Positions 8,680 through 15,552 of a stretch of 64,000 nucleotides of DNA are shown one piece after another. Within the stretch, counting starts at the first letter, position 1. Each line of letters starts with the position of its first letter. The stretch is taken from positions 1,899-65,898 of the forward strand of contig CAKOVK010000004.1 of assembly GCA_934121925.1 (NCBI GenBank), given 5' to 3'. The notes under the pieces are model-generated. The model was not told the origin of the DNA, ran no database searches, and saw only the letters and a list, made by a program, of their open reading frames with translations. A program made the translations under genes and the position numbers. The stretch is from an uncultured Clostridia bacterium (GTDB taxonomy: Bacteria; Bacillota; Clostridia; TANB77; CAG-508).

Positions 8680-9706
8680 AAAAGCAAAAATAGAAGATTC
8701 AAATAACATAGCAAAACTTATTATAAGAGGCTGGCAGACAGCATATAAAGGACTTATAAACCAAGAATTTTTAGACAGTATGAAAGAAGATGAAATGAGT
8801 AAATGATGGAAGAAAAGCATTTTTTCCCAAAATGAAAGCAATAACATATATGTATATGAGAAAGAAAATAAAATTTTAGGAGTTATTAGATTTGGAAAAG
8901 TAGCTGATCAAAATGATATAAATCACAATGCAGAAATACATGTTTTGTATGTAGAGCCAAAACTTAAAAGAAATGGAATAGGAAGTAAATTATTTGATTA
9001 TGCAAAAAACTACTTTATAGAACATAATATGAAAAAATTAATTATTTGGTGTTTAAAAGGAAATGAGCCATCTATAGAATTTTATAAAAAGATGGGTGGA
9101 AAAATTGTTTCAGAAAGAGAAGCAAAAGTACACAATATAGAGCTAGAGGAAGTAGGTTTGGAATATAATTTGGAAGATAAAATAAAATTACTAATACCAA
9201 CTAAAGAGTACGAAAATCAAGCAATAGAATATAAAAAAGAGCATTTTGATAATGGAGAAAAAACATTACATGCGTGTTCAAAATGGGATAGAATGGATAA
9301 TTATGATGAATGGCTAAAACTATTAAAAAGTAATTCAAAAAAGGAAACAGTACAAGATAATTATGCTGTTACAACTCAATTCTTTGGAGTGAGAGAAAGA
9401 GATAATAAAATTGTTGGAATGATAAATATTAGGCATGAATTAGCAAATGATTTCTTAAGAAATTATGGAGGAAATATAGGATATGGAATAAGACCAACAG
9501 AAAGAAGAAAAGGATATGCAACACAAATGCTTGAACAAGCTTTAAAATATTGTAAAGAAGAACTTAACTTAGAAAAAGTAATGCTTGGATGTTATAAAGA
9601 AAATGAAGCATCAAGAAGGACAATTTTAAATGCAGGAGGAATACTAGAAAGAGAATTAAAAACAGAAAACGGAAAAATAGCACAGGTATATTGGATTAAA
9701 TTGTAA
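8672..9706 (+). pseudogene. tandem-GNAT acetyltransferase interrupted by in-frame TGA (8804-8806)
   Basis: ATG 8672 (MIRKAKIEDSNNIAKLIIRGWQTAYKG...EMSK) and the ORF running to 9706 are in the same frame, separated only by TGA 8804-8806. Both halves have GNAT cores (LYVEPKLKRNGIGSKL; IRPTERRKGYATQML). Confidence 0.7.
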
Positions 9707-9713
9707 AAAACTA

Positions 9714-9743
9714 TTGACAGGACAAAAAAATGTATGCTATCAT
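9714..9743 (+). promoter_or_regulatory. sigma-A promoter (TTGACA-18-TATCAT)
   Basis: TTGACA 9714-9719, TATCAT 9738-9743, 25 nt upstream of the leader ORF. Confidence 0.55.
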
Positions 9744-9767
9744 ATATTTTAATTAGAGAGGTATATT

Positions 9768-9896
9768 ATGGAAACAAAAATAGTATTTAGAAACGAGCAT
9801 CATAAAAATTAGCTTGTGTCATATATATGGCACAGGCTTTTGGTGCTTGTGCCTAAGATTTAAACCTTATGGTAGAAGTGCCATAAGGTTTTTTTG
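9768..9896 (+). promoter_or_regulatory. leader-peptide attenuator: 14-codon ORF METKIVFRNEHHKN plus alternative hairpins and terminator
   Basis: SD GAGAGG, ATG 9768, stop 9810-9812, tandem His codons 9798-9803. Hairpins TGTGTCAT/ATGGCACA and GGCACAGG/CTTGTGCC. Terminator AACCTTATGG-N8-CCATAAGGTT followed by TTTTTTT (9863-9896). Confidence 0.55.
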
Positions 9897-9963
9897 TTGT
9901 TAAAATAAGCTGGCCAGCTTAAAACAAAACTCTCTTAAAATATAAGGAGGAATGAGATTAAAT

Positions 9964-10782
9964 ATGAAAAAGAAAATTATTTTTATTACAACAATTGCAA
10001 TAATTGTAATGCTTGGAGTGCTTACAGCAATTACAATGAAAAGGACAAATGTAAAACAAAATTCATTAGAAAAAATAACAAGTAAAGGAACTTTTATATT
10101 AGGGCTTGACGATAGCTTTCCACCAATGGGATTCAGAAACGAAAACAATGAAATTGTTGGCTTTGATATTGATGTAGCAAAAGAAGTTTGCAAAAGATTA
10201 AATGTAGAATTAGTAATACAACCAATATCTTGGAATGCAAAAGAACAGGAATTAAATTCTGGTAACGTAGACTGCATTTGGAATGGGATGTCTATAACAG
10301 AAGAAAGAAAACAAGCAATGTTATTATCTGATTCGTACATGAAAAATAGGATGGTATTCATTACAAAACAAGACAGTAATCTAAAGACCTTAGAAGATTT
10401 AAAAAACAAAAAAGTAGGAGTTCAATCTGGTTCAAGTGCGGAGCAAATATTGGAAGAGTCAGAAACTTACAAAACATTAAACCAAACAGTTGCATATGCA
10501 GATAATATTACAGCCTTTATGGATTTGGAAACAAATCAAATTGATGCAGTATTTGTAGATGAAGTGCTAGCTAATTATTATATAGCAACAAATAATAAAA
10601 ACTATAACCAAATAGAACAAGCTTTAGAAGAAGAGCAATATGCAATAGGATTTAGAAAACAAGACAATGAATTATGCAATAAAGTAAATGAGATTCTAAA
10701 AGAAATAAAAGAAGACGGAACATTAGAAGCAATATCTAAAAAGTGGTTTGGAAAAGATGTTACGACAATTAAAGGGGAGTAA
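9964..10782 (+). CDS. polar amino-acid ABC transporter substrate-binding lipoprotein/anchored protein (PBP2 family)
   Basis: N-terminal signal/anchor MKKKIIFITTIAIIVMLGVL. LGLDDSFPPMGF...GFDIDVAKE...WNGMSITEERK is typical of the His/Glu/Gln/Arg-binding family. ATG 9964 is preferred over 9952 on SD spacing. Confidence 0.85.
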   Translation: MKKKIIFITTIAIIVMLGVLTAITMKRTNVKQNSLEKITSKGTFILGLDDSFPPMGFRNENNEIVGFDIDVAKEVCKRLNVELVIQPISWNAKEQELNSGNVDCIWNGMSITEERKQAMLLSDSYMKNRMVFITKQDSNLKTLEDLKNKKVGVQSGSSAEQILEESETYKTLNQTVAYADNITAFMDLETNQIDAVFVDEVLANYYIATNNKNYNQIEQALEEEQYAIGFRKQDNELCNKVNEILKEIKEDGTLEAISKKWFGKDVTTIKGE

Positions 10783-10784
10783 AT

Positions 10785-11435
10785 ATGGATTTAAATTACT
10801 TTATTAAATTAATGAAAATATTATTGGATGGAACAAAAGTATCTTTAAGAATATTTGCTATAACACTAATATTTGCAATACCTTTAGGAATATTAGTTTC
10901 TGCTTTAAGTATTTCTAAGAACAAGATAATTTCAAAAATAATAAAGCTGTATATATTGCTTATGAGAGGAACCCCATTATTATTGCAAATAATCTGTATA
11001 TACTTTGCGCCATATTATTTGTTTAAATTTTCATACAACAGATTTATAGCAGTAATTATTGCATTTACATTAAACTATGCAGCATATTTTGGAGAAATAT
11101 TTAGAGGTGGAATAGAAAGCATTCCAAAAGGCCAATGGGAGGTTGCTTTTACATTAGGCTTTACTAAAATAAAAACATTTTTTATAGTGATACTTCCTCA
11201 AGCAATAAAAAGAATATTACCATCAATTTCAAATGAAGTAATAACTTTGGTAAGAGATACTTCGCTAGCACAAGTAATTGGAGTGACAGAATTGTTTGCT
11301 TTTGCTCAAAAACAAGCTAATTATAAGTTTTCTATAATTCCATTGCTTGTTGCAGGATTAATCTATTTATTAATTAGTGTAATTTTAACCTATATTTTTA
11401 ATTACACAGAAAGGAAATTAGAGTATTATAGGTAA
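10785..11435 (+). CDS. amino-acid ABC transporter permease (HisM/GlnP type)
   Basis: 216 aa, multi-TM, EAA-like loop (FTLGFTKIKTFFIVILPQAIKRILP). Confidence 0.85.
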   Translation: MDLNYFIKLMKILLDGTKVSLRIFAITLIFAIPLGILVSALSISKNKIISKIIKLYILLMRGTPLLLQIICIYFAPYYLFKFSYNRFIAVIIAFTLNYAAYFGEIFRGGIESIPKGQWEVAFTLGFTKIKTFFIVILPQAIKRILPSISNEVITLVRDTSLAQVIGVTELFAFAQKQANYKFSIIPLLVAGLIYLLISVILTYIFNYTERKLEYYR

Positions 11436-11440
11436 ATATT

Positions 11441-12097
11441 ATGAAAGTATTAGAAATAAAAAATATAAACAAGAGCTTTAACGAAAGAAAGGTATTAAGC
11501 AATTTTTCGCTAAATATTGAAGAAGGAGAAATAGTTTCGATAATAGGGCCATCAGGAGTTGGAAAGTCAACTTTATTAAGATGCATTAATGGTTTGGAAA
11601 AAATAGATAGTGGAGAAATCTTAATTAATAATAAAAGTTTAAAAAGAAAAAAAGATAAAATATCAAAAGAAGCAAATTTAGAAGTGGGATTAGTGTTTCA
11701 AGACTACAATTTATTTCCTCAGTATTCTGTGATTAAAAATATAACATTACCATTAACAACAGTACTAAAAATAGAAAAAGAAGAAGCAACAAAACAAGCA
11801 GAAGAATTACTTAAAAAAATGAATTTATTAGAAAAGCGATATTCATATCCATACGAGTTATCAGGAGGAGAAAGACAACGAGTAGCAATAGCAAGAACGA
11901 TTGCTACAAATCCTAAAATAATATGTTTTGATGAACCAACTAGTGCATTAGATCCAAAACTTGTAATGCAAGTTTCGAAAACAATAAAAGACCTTGCAAA
12001 TATTGGCAAAGCAATAATAATAGTAACTCACGATATAAGCTTTGCAGAACAAATTTCAGACAGGATTATAGAAGTAAAACTGGAATTTGTAAAATGA
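11441..12097 (+). CDS. amino-acid ABC transporter ATP-binding protein
   Basis: Walker A GPSGVGKST, signature LSGGERQR, Walker B IICFDEPTSALD. Confidence 0.92.
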   Translation: MKVLEIKNINKSFNERKVLSNFSLNIEEGEIVSIIGPSGVGKSTLLRCINGLEKIDSGEILINNKSLKRKKDKISKEANLEVGLVFQDYNLFPQYSVIKNITLPLTTVLKIEKEEATKQAEELLKKMNLLEKRYSYPYELSGGERQRVAIARTIATNPKIICFDEPTSALDPKLVMQVSKTIKDLANIGKAIIIVTHDISFAEQISDRIIEVKLEFVK

Positions 12098-12133
12098 ATG
12101 TGAGAGGTGTGATGTGGGAAGTAGGATTTGTAG

Positions 12134-12281
12134 GGGCGTATTGAATACGCCCAAAAAAGAATTTATTGCAAACTCTACAGCAGAGATTAACTAAAAATGT
12201 TGGGGCAGGCCCTGTGTCTGCCCGAAAAAATGATATTTTGTTATATACAAAAACCAGAACGAATGGGGACAGCCCCCTTTT
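12134..12281. repeat. cluster of three GC-rich hairpins in a 300-bp non-coding gap
   Basis: GGGCGTAT-TGA-ATACGCCC (12134-12152, A-run after). GGGCAG-N9-CTGCCC (12203-12223, A-run after). GGGGACAGCCCC (12265-12276, T-run after). Together they create the spurious 84-aa antisense ORF 12066-12320. Confidence 0.6.
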
Positions 12282-12448
12282 GTCAAATAAGAGAGAAACA
12301 ACCTTAAATGAAAAATTCAATAAATTGCATTAAAAATGTTTTAATATAAAAATAATATGTTATAATATTACTAATAATGAAAAGAAATATAATAAATTTG
12401 TACATCAGAATATTCTTTTCAATGTTATTAAAGGAGGAAAAATAAAAT

Positions 12449-12598
12449 ATGAAAAATATTGTATTATATGTGATTTGCTGTTGTATTTAGAGCTCTACCT
12501 AATTTGTAGGTATGAGTTTTATTATACATACCTGCAAATCAATATATAATACAAATTTTATATATAGAGTTATGCAGGTATATGCATAACTTTTTTTG
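12449..12598 (+). promoter_or_regulatory. cysteine leader-peptide attenuator (MKNIVLYVICCCI) upstream of cysK
   Basis: SD AAAGGAGG, ATG 12449, TGC-TGT-TGT at 12476-12484, stop 12488-12490. Segment 1 TTTGTAGGTATG (12503-14) pairs with segment 2 CATACCTGCAAA (12527-38). Segment 2 alternatively pairs with segment 3 TGCAGGTAT (12573-81). Segments 3:4 form the terminator AGTTATGCA-GGTATA-TGCATAACT plus T7 (12568-12598). Confidence 0.72.
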
Positions 12599-12685
12599 TT
12601 GAACAGAAAAACAAGAGAAAAGTTGACTTTTGGGGTAGCATAAAATGAAAAATTGAATAAATTAAAACAAGGAGGATATTTGAGT

Positions 12686-13639
12686 ATGAAAGTAGGAAAT
12701 ACACCATTAATAAAGATTAAGTATAAATATAATAACAAGGAAAAATACGTTTATTCCAAATTAGAATCATATAATTTGACAGGAAGTATAAAGGATAGGG
12801 TGGCTTATTATATTATAAAATCGGCATATGAAAACAAAAAATTAGAAAAAGGAAAAGAAATAGTAGAAGCAACAAGTGGAAATACTGGCATTGCATTAGC
12901 AGCTATGGGAGCCTTCTTTGGAAATCCTGTTCATATATTTATGCCAGATTGGGTAAGTAAAGAAAGAGTAGATCTAATGAAAATGTATAATGCAAAGATA
13001 ACATTAATATCTAAAGAAGAAGGTGGATTTAAAAAGGCAATATCCGAAGCTATTAAATATGCAAATGAAAATAATGCTTTTTTAAGTAATCAATTTGAAA
13101 ACGAAGATAATGTGTTAGCACATTATGAAACTACAGGAAAGGAAATAGTAGAAAAATTAAAAAGTAATATAGGGGGATTTGTTTCAGGGATAGGTACTGG
13201 AGGAACTTTAATGGGAGTTGCAAAAAGATTAAAAGAAGAAAATAAAGAAGTAAAAATTTATGCACTAGAACCAGATAAAATGCCTTTACTATCAAAAAAC
13301 GAAATTATAGATAACCATAAAATAGAAGGAATAGGAGATGATTTTATTCCTAAAATAGTAGATAAAGAAAAAATTGATAAAGTTATTTTAATAAATGATG
13401 AAGATGCTATAAATATGTCAAGAAAAATAGCAACAGAATTAGGAATTGGAGTCGGAATATCATCTGGAGCCAATATGATTGCAAGTGTACTTGCAAAAGA
13501 AGAAAATGAAGGAAATATAGTTACAGTATTTCCAGATGATAACAAAAAATACTTATCAACAGAATTGAGCAAGCCAATAGATAAAAATGAAGAATTTATA
13601 TCTAATAAAATTGAATTATTAGATTATGAATTTATATAA
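12686..13639 (+). CDS. cysK: cysteine synthase A (O-acetylserine sulfhydrylase)
   Basis: ATG 12686 after AAGGAGG. PLP-lysine motif TGSIKDR, plus SGNTGIALA and GTGGT loops. Confidence 0.9.
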   Translation: MKVGNTPLIKIKYKYNNKEKYVYSKLESYNLTGSIKDRVAYYIIKSAYENKKLEKGKEIVEATSGNTGIALAAMGAFFGNPVHIFMPDWVSKERVDLMKMYNAKITLISKEEGGFKKAISEAIKYANENNAFLSNQFENEDNVLAHYETTGKEIVEKLKSNIGGFVSGIGTGGTLMGVAKRLKEENKEVKIYALEPDKMPLLSKNEIIDNHKIEGIGDDFIPKIVDKEKIDKVILINDEDAINMSRKIATELGIGVGISSGANMIASVLAKEENEGNIVTVFPDDNKKYLSTELSKPIDKNEEFISNKIELLDYEFI

Positions 13640-13643
13640 ATAA

Positions 13644-13845
13644 TTGACAATATAAAAAGATTTTCATATAATTATATTATAAAGGAGACAAAACCATGAG
13701 TAATTTAACAAATGCAAAATTAAATAACTGGTGGAATGTATGGGATAAAAATCACCCATACAAATTTGTCGTGCTTTAAAATATTAGTAAAATACAGGCA
13801 CATGTATGAGTGATTAAAAACTTGTACATGTGCTTTTTGTTGTTT
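13644..13845 (+). promoter_or_regulatory. promoter plus tryptophan leader-peptide attenuator (27-codon ORF with WWNVW) upstream of trpB
   Basis: TTGACA 13644-49, 17-nt spacer, TATAAT 13667-72. SD AAAGGAG. ORF 13696-13779 encodes MSNLTNAKLNNWWNVWDKNHPYKFVVL, with TGG at 13729, 13732 and 13741. Candidate antiterminator CACCCATACA (13753-62) pairs with TGTATGAGTG (13803-12). Terminator GCACATGTA-N18-TACATGTGC plus TTTTT (13798-13845). Confidence 0.72.
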
Positions 13846-13925
13846 ATGGGAGGTGGTGCATATGGAAGCTGACTGGCATTGGCAAATCTTATATAAAATT
13901 ATTTTAAAGAAAGAAGGAATTGATT

Positions 13926-15068
13926 ATGAATTATGGAGAGTTTGGTGGACAATATGTACCACAAGAATTAAAAGAGAAATTAAATGAAATTGAAAAAGAA
14001 TTTACAAAAGCAAAAAATGATGAAAAGTTCGTAAAGGAATATTTATACTATTTAAAACAATATGTTGGAAGACCAACACCACTATATTATGCAGAAAACT
14101 TAAGTAAATATGCAGGTGGGGCAAAGATATATTTAAAAAGAGAAGATTTAAATCATACAGGAGCACACAAAATAAACAATGCATTGGGGCAAGTTTTACT
14201 TGCAAAACGTATGAATAAAACACACATAATTGCAGAAACGGGAGCAGGCCAACATGGAGTTGCAACTGCAACAGTGTGTAGTTTATTTAATATTAAATGC
14301 ACAATATTTATGGGGAAAGAAGATATAAAAAGACAAGAAGTAAATGTAGAGAAAATGAAACTTTTAGGAGCAGAAGTTTATGAAGTAACAAAAGGTGAAG
14401 GAACATTAAAAGAAGCAGTAGATGAATCCTTTGAATATCTATTAAAACATCAAGATGTATTTTACTTAATAGGTTCTGCAGTGGGCCCAAGCCCATATCC
14501 AGAAATGGTAAAATATTTTCAAAAAATAATAGGAGAAGAAGCAAAAAAACAAATTTTAGAAAAAGAAGACAAATTACCTAAAGCAATAGTTGCGTGTATA
14601 GGTGGAGGAAGCAATAGTATAGGGCTATTTACAGACTTTATAAAAGAAGAGGTACAAATATTTGGAATAGAGGGAGCAGGAAAAGGCATAAAAACAGGAA
14701 AACATGCATCTGCAATATATAACAATAAAATTGGAATTTTACATGGAATGAAAACATATATAATGCAAGATGATAAAGGAAACATAGAAGAGGCGTATTC
14801 AATTTCAGCAGGTTTGGATTATCCAGGAATTGGACCAGAACACGCATACTTGAAATCTATAAGAAGAGTTAAGTATGACAGCATTACAGATAAAGAAGCA
14901 GTAGAAGCATTTAAGCTACTTTGTAGATTAGAAGGAATAATACCAGCATTAGAAAGTAGCCATGCAATAGCATATGCAATAAAAATTGCAAAAAACTATA
15001 AAAATAATGACAGCATTATTGTAAACCTATCTGGAAGAGGAGATAAGGATATAGAAATAATAAACTGA
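13926..15068 (+). CDS. trpB: tryptophan synthase beta chain (stand-alone, no trpA nearby)
   Basis: HTGAHKINN (PLP lysine), [19 protein letters not shown] motifs. ATG 13926. Confidence 0.92.
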   Translation: MNYGEFGGQYVPQELKEKLNEIEKEFTKAKNDEKFVKEYLYYLKQYVGRPTPLYYAENLSKYAGGAKIYLKREDLNHTGAHKINNALGQVLLAKRMNKTHIIAETGAGQHGVATATVCSLFNIKCTIFMGKEDIKRQEVNVEKMKLLGAEVYEVTKGEGTLKEAVDESFEYLLKHQDVFYLIGSAVGPSPYPEMVKYFQKIIGEEAKKQILEKEDKLPKAIVACIGGGSNSIGLFTDFIKEEVQIFGIEGAGKGIKTGKHASAIYNNKIGILHGMKTYIMQDDKGNIEEAYSISAGLDYPGIGPEHAYLKSIRRVKYDSITDKEAVEAFKLLCRLEGIIPALESSHAIAYAIKIAKNYKNNDSIIVNLSGRGDKDIEIIN

Positions 15069-15099
15069 GGGAAAAAGGGGGCTGTCCCCTTTTTCCCTC
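15067..15099. terminator. GC-core hairpin terminator GAGGGAAAAAGGGG-GCTGT-CCCCTTTTTCCCTC
   Basis: Perfect 14-bp stem overlapping the trpB stop. Near-identical copy at 18646-18678. Confidence 0.85.
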
Positions 15100-15101
15100 T
15101 A

Positions 15102-15408
15102 TTGACAAATCGCAATTTTTATGGTATTAATATTAATATATTTTAAAAGCAATGAAGAGGAATAGTATATATTTATGAACTTTTAGAGAAGAGTTGGTTG
15201 GTGAAAAACTTTAAGGAACTAAATATAGAACCAGCCTTGGAGCTATGGACTGAAAATTAAAGTAAGTTTTATCGGAAATCCACCGTTATCATAGGATATA
15301 ATGTTATAAGACATTATTTGAGTGTAGAAGAAATTCTAAAAATAGGTGGTAACACGGATAAAAATATTCGCCCTAAGTTAATAAATATAACTTAGGGCTT
15401 TTGTATTT
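15102..15408 (+). promoter_or_regulatory. promoter plus T-box leader (Pro specifier CCA) of proS
   Basis: TTGACA 15102-07, 17-nt spacer, TATTAA. Stem I elements AGTA and AGAGAAGAGTTGGTTGGTGAAAA. Candidate specifier GAA-CCA-G (CCA 15231-33). T-box sequence AGGTGGTAACACGG (15344-57). Terminator GCCCTAAG-N13-CTTAGGGC plus TTTT (15370-15403). Confidence 0.82.
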
Positions 15409-15505
15409 TATATACTAGGAAATTTCTCATTTCCTAGTATATAAAAAATACTATAATCGCTAATGCTTTTGAGATTTCCTCATTTCATTCGGAAACTCAA
15501 ATCGG
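15409..15505 (+). repeat. palindromic repeat element copy 1 (35-nt core plus ~60-nt tail)
   Basis: Core TATATACTAGGAAAT-TTCTC-ATTTCCTAGTATATA at 15409-15443. The tail 15444-15505 is about 78% identical to the reverse complement of 39298-39357. Confidence 0.8.
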
Positions 15506-15552
15506 CGAAAACAAAGGGCGACTAAAGTTGCTTTGTTATAGGAGGAATTAAA

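Noticed and set aside
8804-8840. Selenocysteine or reassigned TGA at the in-frame stop of the tandem GNAT gene.
   Set aside because: TGA terminates several clearly complete genes in the window. The downstream hairpin is short, AU-rich and unlike bacterial SECIS elements. A Sec residue in a non-redox GNAT linker is implausible.
12066-12320. 84-aa - strand ORF in the gap after the ABC transporter.
   Set aside because: It is generated entirely by three GC-rich hairpins (…GRIQYAPT…, …RADTGPAPT…). It has no SD, and it overlaps the 3' end of the ATPase gene.
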